Source: Tubiluchus corallicola (taxonomy: Eukaryota > Animalia > Priapulida). From it: a stretch of 50,040 bases of DNA. Shown here piece after piece: positions 36,346 to 49,428 of this stretch (position 1 is the first letter of the stretch; each line of letters opens with the position of its first letter). A program made the position numbers and the translations under genes. The notes beneath the pieces are model-generated. The model was not told the origin of the DNA. It saw nothing but the letters and a program-made list of their open reading frames with translations, and ran no database searches. Location: positions 51,561-101,600 of the forward strand of contig JAQGDQ010000755.1 of NCBI GenBank assembly GCA_030141605.1, read 5' to 3'.

Positions 36346-36662
36346 TAGTCTCTCCGTCGACCTGTTAATGACTCAGTAACATAATAGTTTCAACAACAAG
36401 GGATAATCTAGTCTCTCCGTCGACCTGTTAATGACTCAGTAACTTAATAGTTTCAACAACAAAGGATAATCTAGTCTGTTCGTCGACCTGTTAATGACTC
36501 AGTAACTTAATAGTTTCAACAACAAAGGATAATTGTTTGTTTGTTTGTGTTTGTTTGGTTTGTTTGTGTTTGTGTTTCAGTCTTTCCGTCGACCTGTTAA
36601 TGACTCAGACAACAAGGGATAATTTAGTCTCTCTGTCGACCTGTTAATGCCTCAGTAACTTA
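36346..36662 (+). repeat. 63-bp tandem array (~5 copies)
   Basis: Unit tagtctctccgtcgacctgttaatgactcagtaac.taatagtttcaacaacaa.ggataatc, with a G/T-only interruption at ~36533-36577. Confidence 0.9.
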
Positions 36663-37081
36663 ACTGTAGGCCAATTCAACCACTTTTGACCTGTATGTAA
36701 CTGAACGTTACATAGCCCGGATTGACTGTCTATTTTCACACGGGTAACGGTGATTAGATAATAGGTCAGTAAGCAAGTGCTTCATAGAATGAGCGATTAC
36801 CACTGTAAGGGGGAAAGCTAGAACAAACTAAATGTCTATTACTGTCTAGGCTCCAAGGAGGTAGCCATAAAAGCGGGGTTGCTAATACGAGGTGGCTACA
36901 GAGTAAAAACAAAAATGGTGCAAGGGAAATAAACCCCAAACTGATGCCGGTATTGAAAAGAGGCACCATTGGTCTTTGGGGCGTCACACGCACCTATAAT
37001 GAGCACATTCCTGAAAATAAGAGCCCTTACTTCATCTTAAATGATTACATATCGTAGTGTTGCCATTCGTGTTATTTTCAG

Positions 37082-37270
37082 CTGGAAGGGATGCCACTGG
37101 GCATGAGTGATGGCACCATACCAAATGAAGCAATTTCTGGAACGCTTTCACACAGCGGCATTAATAACGCCAGATTAGAAGGTCCTCCTTACGGATGGCG
37201 TATGTATGTTGGAGCCGTGCTAACTATACAACTAGGAGGACCTCGAATCATCACTGGAATTACTACGCAC
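37082..37270 (+). CDS. Discoidin (F5/8 type C) domain exon, N-terminal part
   Basis: ttttcag| to CAC|gtatgt. Encodes LEGMPLGMSDGTIPNEAISG...ARLEG...GW...LTIQLGGPRIITGITTH, the classic F5/8C motifs. Confidence 0.9.
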
Positions 37271-37324
37271 GTATGTTTTTTGCCACAATAGTATTCTCAC
37301 GAGTGCTCTCATGAATGCGCGAAT

Positions 37325-37680
37325 GTTTGGTACAAGCAAATTTGGTACGAGGAAAGTTTGATACTGATTTGGTACTGTGAATTTTTAGTACCTGGTACTA
37401 TGGTAGATGTAAATTTGGTACTGTCATTTTAAGTGCAAGGAATTTTTGGTACCAGAAAAATGTGGTACGAGGAAAATATGGTACCAGGATTGTTTAGTAC
37501 CAAGAAATATTGATACAGAAAGATATTGGTACTAAAAAGATGTGGTACGAGGAAAATATGCTACCAGGATTGCTTAGTACTCAGAAATATTGGTACAAAA
37601 AAGTTCTGGTACTAGAAAAATGTGGTGCGAGGAAAAATTCGTACAAGGAAAGTTTGGTACTGGAAAATTTGGTACTAAAC
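37325..37680 (+). repeat. Degenerate tttggtac-based minisatellite
   Basis: Recurrent (aaa)tttggtac motifs, related to the 15-bp array at 28957-29405. Confidence 0.7.
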
Positions 37681-38038
37681 GAAAAAGGGAACATTTCTAT
37701 ACCTCAGGACAAAATAATTGCTTCAAATAGAAAATAGAAAATTTTGGCAAGAGAACCTTTTGAGAAGGAAGCCTATATGTAAGCGATTAAACTTCTAATT
37801 TTATATGAATCCAAAAACTAGTTTACATCGAGTTAAATGTATACTATGAAACAGGTTGCCAAGGGCAGATCCATGCAACCATGAATATACACTCTAACTC
37901 GAGAAGCGCCATACTCGCGTTGTTCTCCACATCAGTGACGTCATACTAAAACTTTCGCAGTGACGTCATACTAATTTTTTCGTTCACCGCATCTAGTGGA
38001 TTCAAGTAGTTGAGGACAAAACTGTGATTTGAACTTAA

Positions 38039-38830
38039 GGGACAAGAAAAGGGGTACCTAAAGTAGGGCTCAGAAAAATCGCCTTAAAAAATTGTATTTC
38101 ATTTTTATGCGTATAGAGTACTCGTGTTGAAAGCATTTTTTGTTTGCTTTCATTTTAAATCTCCCACAATACTGTTCTGACGCGCCATCACATGACGTCA
38201 CTACGCAAACGTAAATCAGGGCAAGAAAAGGAAATGTTAAATTCTGTCCCAAAATCTTTCCAAGCAATGTTATATTACTTAGCATTTCGTTTACCTGCTT
38301 GAAAGACTTAGGTAACTAGAAAAGAAAAGTATTAATTATTTAAAATGCTTTCACCAACTGGTAAAATGTCGCTGACTCACCCTCCAGGGTGCACCACTCA
38401 CTAACCAAAAACGTATCTTTAATCTTATTGACGAGATGCAGTAATTTAAAATTTTACTTAGTTAGTGACATGCGTGCTATGAATGCTGCGATCATTTTTC
38501 AAACTTTACACAATGTTATCTAAACTGTCATCGTGGGAGTTTAAATTTACAAATTTTATGTACCGTTACTGCCGACGCAACCCCTGCATGCAAAAAAACA
38601 GTATGTAAGCGTTACAAAATTTCAAAACGAATTTTTTAGCGTTATGTAAGTGGAAGGTTTTCTTGTGCTTTAACATTAAAATGGCTTTTGCCTGTTTAAG
38701 ATAAGAAGTTGCTGTTGCCAATTTTGCTACGTATGGTTGAGAAGGTGCTACAATAAAACATTAAAAAATGTTCTTCGGCAGCAATAAGACTTTTAGCGCA
38801 AATCATTCTTTAAAAATCTGGACTGTTCCT
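38039..38830 (+). mobile_element. Kolobok-like non-autonomous element, apparently complete
   Basis: TTAA|GGGACAAG ... CTGTTCCT|TTAA: TTAA TSD with RR..YY ends. Confidence 0.7.
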
Positions 38831-38973
38831 TTAAACATTTTACTACACCTTAGATCGTAGTTTTATTATTTTAACATCAATTAATTTCGAACACTTGTGA
38901 AAACAGTCTAAAAATGGTTTTATTTATTTCTAAGTTTCTATTTTTTACTGTTTAAATGGTAATACTATTTTAA

Positions 38974-39516
38974 AGGAAGACCGGACGATTGTTTAGACTC
39001 AATCTCATTTTAATTTACTGTCCAAAATATACGTCTTCTTGCCTATAACAGTTAATAATTGTTTCTTGTATTTGAATAATTAGCTTAGAAAATAAAGGTC
39101 AACCGAACACAGCTATTGCTTACGTCAGAAATTAACCACAGTTTGTGCAATGGCAGGCGTCTTCCCTTGCGAGTCAAGAACGTTTACGTAAGTGTTACAG
39201 TACTGCTTAAACACATGCTGTCACGAAAATGGGTTTTACATCATATGACGTCAGAAACTAACACTGCAGTGCATGATCATGCTTATCACGGTACCGCCTT
39301 TTATTTGTCGGCCACACGCACGTGACAAAAAGGTGCCGCTGCCAATCTTAGTAGATTCACTGAGCCGCACGTAGCTTTGAAAGTTTAACAAAATTTGAGT
39401 ATCCGAGTAATTATTACTTAATCTAAGCTTGGATTTAAAAAAAGCTATTGTAGTTTTCAGTATTTTAGAGCATTCTTTATTCTGAACTCGTGTTTACACA
39501 ATTGTCCGGTTTTCTT
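38974..39516. mobile_element. Kolobok-like MITE
   Basis: TTAA|AGGAAGACCGGACGATTG ... CAATTGTCCGGTTTTCTT|TTAA. Confidence 0.75.
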
Positions 39517-39595
39517 TTAAGTAAACAAAAGGCAAAGTATCGACTAAAGTATTGACAAGCGACTAAAATTTAATTTTAAAATATTAAATTTTCAG

Positions 39596-39709
39596 GGTTG
39601 TCGATCAACATGTAGGTATAACAGGTGGGTTAAACAATACACGTTATCATACAGCAAATCAAGCAATGCATCTTCTTGGCAAGATTATCTTACAAACGAT
39701 GGATCCGCC
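39596..39709 (+). CDS. Discoidin (F5/8 type C) domain exon, middle part
   Basis: ttttcag| to GCC|gtaagt. Encodes GCRSTCRYNRWVKQYTLSYSKSSNASSWQDYLTNDGSA (WVxxYxLxYS..W..Y motif); phase 0/0. Confidence 0.9.
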
Positions 39710-40424
39710 GTAAGTTGCATTCATAGACTACTGATAGCGCAGATTGATAGGTCAAAATTGGCTCTTCCTAGTGGCGGATTTAGGGGTGGGTCCAAGGGGT
39801 CTGACCCTCCCTTTCACAGTAACAGCTACAACACACCAAGTTAATGTTTTCTCTGAATTATAAGCACTGGAACAATTTGCTAAATCCTAAAGGTGACTTA
39901 TATCTGTAAAAATCATATATCACAAGTAAACAGATGAAAGTTACGTACATCATGTATGCTGTATAGTGTACACCGATATATTGGTATGTAATTTTGAATC
40001 AAAGGTGAGATGACACCTGTTCTAAACTAGTGAGTTTCCTAGAGATGGTTTCTAGACGGTAGGAAAGTGGTCTAAAATGCAGCAAAAAGGATTGTTGTCC
40101 GGGTGGACTTTGCTGGGGAGCTTACACCGCTCCCCCAGGCCCCCTAATGGCTTTTCTGTTGGGCCCACTGTTGTTCTATAACCTGCATCCGACCCTGATT
40201 CCTGTACTTCTTTTATTCACTCATGTAATTCTATCATTCTATCAGTAATAACTAAATTATTCACAACCAATGTAAGTTCATGCAGTGATAATAGCACATA
40301 TATCTACAACCACTTGGTTTAGCCATTTGAATGTAAGAAAAAAAGGAGGTTGTCCGTTTTAAAATCTAATGAACATCTTTAAAACCAAACATTCAGCTTT
40401 TAAAACTTTCCTCGGGTTATTTAT

Positions 40425-41282
40425 AGTAGGGCCTATTTCTGGTTATTTCTAATGGGCCCTATTTCAGGTTATTTCTAATAGGGATTATTCCAGGTTATTT
40501 CTAATAGGGCCTATTTCAGGTTATTTCTAATAGGGCCTATTCAGGGTTATTTCTATTAGGGCCTATTTCAGGGTATTTCTAATAGGGCCTATTTCAGGTG
40601 ATATTTAATAGGTCCTATTTCAGGTTATTTCTATTAGGGCCTATTTCAGGTGATTTCTAATAGGGCCGATTTCAGGTTATTTCTAATAGGGCCTATTTCA
40701 GGTGATTTCTAATAGGGCCTATTCCAGGTTATCTCTAAGAGGGCCTATTTCAGCCTATTTCTATTAGGGCTTATTTCAGGGTATTTCTTATAGGGCCTAT
40801 TTCAGGTGATATCTAATAGGACCTATTTCAGGTTATATCTAATAGGGCCTATTTTAGGTGATTTCTAAAAGGGCCTATTTCAGGTGATTTCTAATAGGGC
40901 CTCTTTCAGCCTATTTCTAATAGGGCCTATTTCAGGATATTTCTAAAAGGGCCTATTTCAGGTGATTTCTAATAGGGCCTATTTCAGCCTATTTCTAATA
41001 GGGCCTATTTCAGGTTATTTCTAATAAGGCCTATTCCAGGTTATCTCTAATAGGGCCTATTTCAGCCTATTCCTAATAGGGCCTATTTCAGGGTATTTCT
41101 AATAGGGCCTATTTCAGATAATTTTTAATAGGGCCTATTTCAGCCTATTTCAGGATATTTCTAATAGGGCCTATTTCAGGTTATTTCTAACAGGGCCTGT
41201 TTCAGGTTATTTGTAATAGGGCCTATTTCAGGTTATTCCAAATAGGCCCTATTCCAGGCAGTTTCCAATAGGGCCTATTTCA
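40425..41282 (+). repeat. 26-bp tandem array (~33 copies)
   Basis: Unit ttctaatagggcctatttcaggttat. Confidence 0.95.
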
Positions 41283-41402
41283 TTTGTACAATGACTTCCA
41301 ACTCTCTGTGCATTGGGCTTAATTCTGCTAGTCAACTATAGTTAGAAGCAATAGAAAACTAACATCTCAAACAAATCTGCAAAAGTTGAAAAACGTAACG
41401 TA

Positions 41403-41555
41403 TGCAGCTTTAACAAGTAGCAAAGCGTCCGCTTTCCGTCTGGGAGGTCGTAAGTTCGATATTGCAGCCGAATCATACCAACGACTTAATATTGATACCT
41501 GTTGTTGCCCTTTCTGATGCGTGGTATTTATGGTAAAGGCAGGATAATAATAATT
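41403..41555 (+). mobile_element. Decayed tRNA-derived SINE (Meta-domain-like)
   Basis: tRNA-like head with B-box gttcgat, then tcataccaacgacttaatattgatacctgttgttgcc and a (taa)n tail. Confidence 0.55.
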
Positions 41556-41787
41556 TCTCATACGTAGGTATAGTTTGTTACTTACAATCGGCAGGCAGGC
41601 TCGTGGCAGGCTTGTATTGTTTGTTGAATTTAAAGTCAACTTTAACCAAAGATTATCTTCATCGTCATCATCATCACCACCGCTGCTGAGGCCAACGGCT
41701 CCGCCTCCTCCACTGCCACCAACTAGGAGCAACCTAGCCTACCAAGCACTAGCTAATATATATATTTGTCATTAATCTAATGATATA

Positions 41788-44700
41788 GATCTACTGAGCT
41801 AGTTTAATCATAAGCAATTACTAAATCTATTGAGCTAGTTTAATCGTAAGCAATTACTAGATCTACTGAGCTAGTTTAATCGTAAGCAATTACTAGATCT
41901 ACTGAGCTAGTTTTGTCGCAAGCAATTACTAGATCTACTGAGCTAGTTTAATCGTACGCAATTACTAGATCTACTGAGCTAGTTTAGTCGCAAGCAATTA
42001 CTAGATCTACTGAGCTAGTTTAATCACAAGCAATTACTGGATCTACTGAGCTATTTTAATCGCAAGCAATTACTAAATTTACTGAGCTAGTTTAATCACA
42101 AGCAATTACTAGATCTACTGAGCTAGTTTAATCGTAAGCAACTACTAGATCTACCGAGCTAATTTAATTGTAAGCAATTACTAGATCTACTAAGCTAGTT
42201 TAATCACATGCAATTATTGGATCTACTGACCTAGTTTAATCGCAAGCAATTACTAGATCTACTGAGCTAGTTTAATCATAAGCAATTACTAGATCTACTG
42301 AGCTGGTATAACTGTAAGCAATTACTAGATCTACTGAGCTAGTTTAATTGTAAGCAATTACTAGATCTACTGAGCTAGTTTAATTGTAGGCAATTACTAG
42401 ATCTACTGAGCTAGTTTAATCATAAGCAATTACTAGATCTACTGAGCTAGTTTAATCATAAGCAATTACTAGATCTACTGAGCTAGTTTAATCGTGAGCA
42501 TATGCTAGATCTACTGAGCTAATTTAATCGTAAGCAATTACTGGATCTACTGAGCTAGTTTAATTGTACGCAATTACTAGATCTACTGAGCTAGTTTAAT
42601 CGTGAGCATATGCTAGATCTACTGAGCTAATCTAATCACAAGCAATTACTGGATCTACTGAGCTAGTTTAATTGTACGCAATTACTAGATCTACTGAGCT
42701 AGTTTAATCATAAGCAATTACTAGATCTACTGAGCTAGTTTAATCATAAGCAATTACTAGATCTACTGAGCTAGTTTAATCGTGAGCATATGCTAGATCT
42801 ACTGAGCTAATTTAATCGTAAGCAATTACTGGATCTACTGAGCTAGTTTAATCGTACGCAATTACTAGATCTACTAAGCTAGTTTAATTGTAAGCAATTA
42901 CTAGATCTACTAAGCTAGTTTAATCACATGCAATTACTTAGATCTACTGAGCTAGTTTAATCGTAAGCAATCACTAGATCTACTGAGCTACTTTAATCGT
43001 AAGCAATTACTAGATCTGCTGAACAAGTTTAATCACAAGCAATTGCTTACATCTACTGAGCTGGTATAATTGTAAGCAATTACTAGATCTACTGAGCTAG
43101 TTTAATCGCAAGCAATTACTAGATCTACTGAGCTAGTTTAATCATAAGCAATTACTAAATCTATTGAGCTAGTTTAATCGTAAGCAATTACTAGATCTAA
43201 TGAGCTAGTTTAATCGTAAGCAATTACTAGATCTACTGAGCTAGTTTAATCACAAGCAATTACCAGATCTACTGAGCTAGTTTAATCACAAGCAATTACC
43301 AGATCTACTGAGCTAGTTTAATCGTATGCAATTACTAGATCTACTGAGCTGGTATAATCATGAGCATATACTAGATCTACTGAGCTAGTTTAATCGTAAG
43401 CAATTACTAGATCTACTGAGCTAGTTTAATCACAAGCAACTACTTAGATCTACTGAGCTAGTTTAATCGTAAGCAATTACTAGATCTACTGAGCTAGTTT
43501 AATCGTAAGCAATTACTAGATCTACTGAGCCAGTTTAATGTAAGCAATTACTGGATCTACTGCGCTAGTTTAATCGTAAGCAATTACTAGATCTACTGAG
43601 CTAGTTTAATCGTAAGCGATTACTAGATCTACTGAGCTAGTTTTGTCGCAAGCAATTACTAGATCTACTGAGCTAGTTTAATCGTACGCAATTACTAGAT
43701 CTACTGAGCTAGTTTAGTCGCAAGCAATTACTAGATCTACTGAGCTAGTTTAATCGCAAGCAATTACTGGATCTACTGAGCTATTTTAATCGCAAGCAAT
43801 TACTAAATTTACTGAGCTAGTTTAATCACAAGCAATTACTAGATCTACTAAGCTAGTATAATCACATGCAATTACTGGATCTACTGAGCTAGTTTAATTG
43901 CAAGCAATTACTAGATCTACTGAGCTAGTTTAATCGTAAGCAATTACTAGATCTACTGAGCTGGTATAATTGTAAGCAATTACTAGATCTACTGAGCTAG
44001 TTTAATTGTAAGCAATTACTAGATCTACTGAGCTAGTTTAATCATAAGCAATTACTAAATCTATTGAGCTAGTTTAATCGTAAGCAATTACTAGATCTAA
44101 TGAGCTAGTTTAATCGTAAGCAATTACTAGATCTACTGAGCTAGTTTAATCACAAGCAATTACCAGATCTACTGAGCTAGTTTAATCATGAGCATATACT
44201 AGATCTACTGAGCTAGTTTAATCGTAAGCAATTACTAGATCTACTGAGCTAGTTTAATCACAAGCAACTACTTAGATCTACTGAGCTAGTTTAATCGTAA
44301 GCAATTACTAGATCTACTGAGCTAGTTTAATCGTAAGCAATTACTAGATCTACTGAGCCAGTTTAATGTAAGCAATTACTGGATCTACTGAGCTAGTTTA
44401 ATCGTAAGCAATTACTAGATCTACTGAGCTAGTTTAATCGTAAGCAATTACTAGATCTACTGAGCTAGTTTTGTCGCAAGCAATTACTAGATCTACTGAG
44501 CTAGTTTAATCGTACGCAATTACTAGATCTACTGAGCTAGTTTAGTCGCAAGCAATTACTAGATCTACTGAGCTAGTTTAATCACAAGCAATTACTAGAT
44601 CTACTGAGCTAGTTTAATCGTAAGCAAATACTAGATCTACTGAGCTAGTTTAATTGTAAGCAATTACTAGATCTACTAAGCTAGTATAATCACATGCAAT

Positions 44701-47178
44701 TACTGGATCTACTGAGCTAGTTTAATCGCAAGCAATTACTAGATCTACTGAGCTGGTATAATTGTAAGCAATTACTAGATCTACTGAGCTAGTTTAATTG
44801 TAAGCAATTACTAGATCTACTGAGCTAGTTTAATTGTAGGCAATTACTAGATCTACTGAGCTAGTTTAATTGTAGGCAATTACTAGATCTGCTGAGCTAG
44901 ATTAATCACAAGCAATTACTGGATCTACTGATCTAGTTTAATCGTGAGCATATGCTAGATCTACTGAGCTAATTTAATTGTAAGCAATTACTGAATCTAC
45001 TGAGCTAGTTTAATCGTACGCAATTACTAGATCTACTAAGCTAGTTTAATTGTAAGCAATTACTAGATCTACTAAGCTAGTTTAATCACATGCAATTACT
45101 TAGATCTACTGAGCTAGTTTAATCGTAAGCAATCACTAGATCTACTGAGCTACTTTAATCGTAAGCAATTACTAGATCTGCTGAGCTAGTTTAATCACAA
45201 GCAATTGCTTACATCTACTGAGCTCGTATAATTGTAAGCAATTACTAGATCTACTGAGCTAGTTTAATCGCAAGCAATTACTAGATCTACTGAGCTAGTT
45301 TAATCACAAGCAATTACTAGATCTACTGAGCTAGTTTAATTGTAAGCAATTACTAGACGCACTGAGCTAGTTTAATCGTAAGCAATTACTAGATCTACTG
45401 AGCTAGTTTAATCACAAGCAATTACTGGATCTACTGAGCTAATTTAATCGTAAGCAATTACTAGATCTACTGAGCTAGTTTAATCACAACCAATTACTAG
45501 ATCTACTGAGCTAGTTTAATCGTAAGCAATTACTAGATCTACTGAGCTAGTTTAATTGTAAGCAATTACTAGATCTACTAAGCTAGTTTAATCACATGCA
45601 ATTACTGGATCTACTGAGCTAGTTTAATCGCAAGCAATTACTAGATCTACTGAGCTAGTTTAATCGTACGCAATTACTAGATCTACTGAGCCAGTTTAAT
45701 GTAAGCAATTACTAGATCTACTGAGCTAGTTTAATCGCAAGCAATTACTAGATCTACTGAGCTAGTTTAATCACAAGCAATTACTAGATCTACTGAGCTA
45801 GTTTAATCGTAAGCAATTACTAGATCTACTGAGCTAGTTTAATCGTAAGCAATTACTAGATCTACTGAGCTAGTTTAATCGCAAGCAATTACTGGATCTA
45901 CTGAGCTAGTTTAATGTAAGCAATTACTAGATCTACTGAGCTAGTTTAATCGCAAGCAATTACTAGATCTACTGAGCCAGTTTAATCACAAGCAATTACT
46001 AGATCTACTGAGCTAGTTTAATCGTAAGCAATTACTAGATCTACTGAGCTAGTTTAAACACAAGCAGTTACTAGATCTACTGAGCTAATTTAATCGGAAG
46101 CAATTACTGGATCTACTGAGCTAGTTTAATCGTACGCAATTACTAGATCTACTGAGCTAGTTTAGTCACATGCAATTACTGGATCTACTGAGCTAGTTTA
46201 ATCGCAAGCAATTACTAGATCTACTGAGCTAGTTTATTCGTAAGCAATTACTAGATCTTCTGAGCTAATTTAATCACAAGCATCTACTTAGATCTACTGA
46301 GCTAGTTTAATCCTAAGCAATTACTAGATCTACTGAGCTAGTTTAATCGCAAGCAATTACTAGATCTACTGAGCTAGTTTAATCACATGCAATTACTGGA
46401 TCTACTGAGCTAGTTTAATCGCAAGCAATTACTAGATCTACTGAGCTAGTTTATTCGTAAGCAATTACTGGATCTACTGAGCTAGTTTAATCGTACGCAA
46501 TTACTAGATCTACTGAGCTAGTTTAATTGTAAGCAATTACTAGATCTACTGAGCTAGTTTAATCACAAGCAATTACTAGATCTACTGAGCTAGTTTAATC
46601 GTAAGCAATTACTAGATCTACTGAGCTAGTTTAATCGTACGCAATTACTAGATCTACTGAGCCAGTTTAATGTAAGCAATTACTAGATCTACTGAGCTAG
46701 TTTAATCGCAAGCAATTACTAGATCTACTGAGCCAGTTTAATCACAAGCAATTACTAGATCTACTGAGCTAGTTTAATCGTAAGCAATTACTAGATCTAC
46801 TGAGCTAGTTTAAACACAAGCAATTACTAGATCTACTGAGCTAATTTAATCGGAAGCAATTACTGGATCTACTGAGCTAGTTTAATCGTACGCAATTACT
46901 AGATCTACTGAGCTAGTTTAGTCACATGCAATTACTGGATTTACTGAGCTAGTTTAATCGCAAGCAATTACTAGATCTACTGAGCTAGTTTAATCACATG
47001 CAATTACTGGATCTACTGAGCTAGTTTAATCGCAAGCAATTACTAGATCTACTGAGCTAGTTTATTCGTAAGCAATTACTAGATCTACTGAGCTAGTTTA
47101 ATCACAAGCAATCACTTAGATCTACTGAGCTAGTTTAATCCTAAGCAATTACTAGATCTACTGAGCTAGTTTAATCGT
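41788..47178 (+). repeat. 36-bp satellite array (~150 copies)
   Basis: Unit agatctactgagctagtttaatcgtaagcaattact, with variation concentrated in the cgta/caca/cgca/tgta slot. Confidence 0.98.
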
Positions 47179-49428
47179 CAATCGTAGAACTCCATGTGAC
47201 TTTTTTCTCTTTTCCATCTTTTTTGTTAATTTTGGAAAAAAGTTCATAGATTTATAACACAGGAACATGGGGTTACAAAAAAGTCATAACCCTGCACATA
47301 CAGTAGCAGAAAAGTCATAGGTTTTACAAGACGTATTTTGAATGGTGCAGTCCTGAATGAGTTAAGTTTCATAGTGATTTCATGTTATTAATTTTATTAT
47401 CATCTTAATAATAGCATTGCTTCTTTTAAGTGTTACTGTTCCTTACAAATTTGCAGAATGTTTGAAATCGTTTAGAGTTTGACGTATAGTAACGATTAGA
47501 GAGGAAAAACAGAAGAAATGTTTTACGGGATGTGACTGCTGTTCATACATCATTGCCTAAATTTGCTAATATCTCGTTGGAAAGTGCTGCCACCTTCGCT
47601 ACCGGATCGTGCGCGCATGCGCAGTAGGTTGCGTAATTTCCCTGGCATTGTTCTTGGTTTGCGCTGTTCAGAGGCAGATGGTCTGAGGTCACATGCCTTT
47701 ACGGTGAAAAATTATGTTAACTATATGGTGAACAAGTTAGAAATGCGGTGAATAAGTTAGTAATGCGGTGAATTCATGTAGTAAATATAGTGGATACTAT
47801 AGTAATTACGAAACGTTTATACGGGGATATGATTAAGTTGTTTAGGAATGACATCGTATCTCTTCATCTGTATTGTAACAATAAAGACGTTTGTGTAATT
47901 TGATTCACTGTTTTATGCGTTAAATTTATTTTCGCCCGTTGAAGGCGTAATAACCACCCCGCAATCCGAACGAATAGCTAGTGCCGTTACACGGGATAAT
48001 CAGATTTTAAGAACAAGTACATAATAATGTGTTCCAGTCAATTGTGCTATTTATTTTAATACTTTAAGTGATTTAGTTTGGTAAGATAAAGAATAACATG
48101 CCTTTTTCATTCACTGCAACTTAGCCTATTGAGTAGTTTAGTCTGGTGTACACTTGCGTAGTCGTACACACTACTTTATAAATCACCTGCTTGCTATAGC
48201 CCAAACAGTGCAGAGTTCTGTTGCTGTTCTAGGAGAAAACTAATTAATCAGCCAAGGACAAATAAAGTCTTTTCATCCTTTAACAGGAACTTCTCCTTAA
48301 AAATAGAGTAGAGGCCGAAGTGTATCAGAGTGTTGTGTGTGGATAGCTGAAATTTTCTGCATTAGCTGATTTCACACAAGTGATACTGTACATTGTTACA
48401 GTGCAAACACTGCAGTTACTGAAAGCTTTCTTAAATTTTTTCGTAAAACATCAATTTTTAATTTGTCCAAGCAAATGCAATATATAATTTTGCCTGAAAA
48501 TCCACTGTGTGAGGTGTATAAACCTACAAAAATTAGATATAATGTAATCGCTGCTTAGTATGAGATTTCATGAAACCATGTGAAATTCAACATATACTTA
48601 GGGTACTGAAGGAGCAAGTGATACGAAGTTAATAACTGAAATACTGCATTGATATAGATATTTTATTGTGGGTTTGAAACCGTAGCACCACAACACGTAA
48701 GCTTACGAAAAAGTTCAGTAAAACAATTAGAATGATGTAGCTTGTCTACGTAAAACAGCCGTATAATTCCAGGGCTAGTGATCCAATTTGGTCGTGAACG
48801 TTGTTTACTTCAACCACGTGAACGCGAACAGCATAAGCATCTACCATTAAAACCTCGTGGGAAACGTGCGTGTGCCTGTCAAAGTTGCCTTCGAATAACT
48901 TTACCTACAATCATAAATACAATTATTTCATTTAATGAAATAGGTTACTACTGTACACTGGTAATAGTATATTAACAGCTATTATTAACTCACATAGACT
49001 TGCTAACTATTGCTTTTTGTGAAATGGAACGAATTATTACATAATTGGCCCCTGAAATTTATTTAGCTTTTAATTTACTAACCCGCATATAAATTTACTC
49101 TCGTAATTTTTATTTTATTGTATTTTATTTCATTTTAGTACTGTATTTGTATTTTGTATGTTCTTAGGTACCGAAATAAAAATATGAATGGAATCGAATT
49201 GACTACGGGCCCAGATAAAAGCTTTCCGTTTCCTGTTATCACGGGACTGAACAGCGAAAACTCTTTACACACAAATAATGGGAAACATGTTCTGTCCTAT
49301 GAATACACTGATTAATTCTCAATGACCAGAATGAGTAACAAATAAAAAAAATCCACAATTAAAAACCAGGGAAGAAAAGAAGGAAAGAAAGGTCACGAAA
49401 ACTACCACAGCAGCTCTTCTTCATGTGC

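Noticed and set aside
41788-47178. CRISPR-like look of the 36-bp repeat
   Set aside because: Units are head-to-tail with no unique spacers, there are no cas genes, and the context is eukaryotic.
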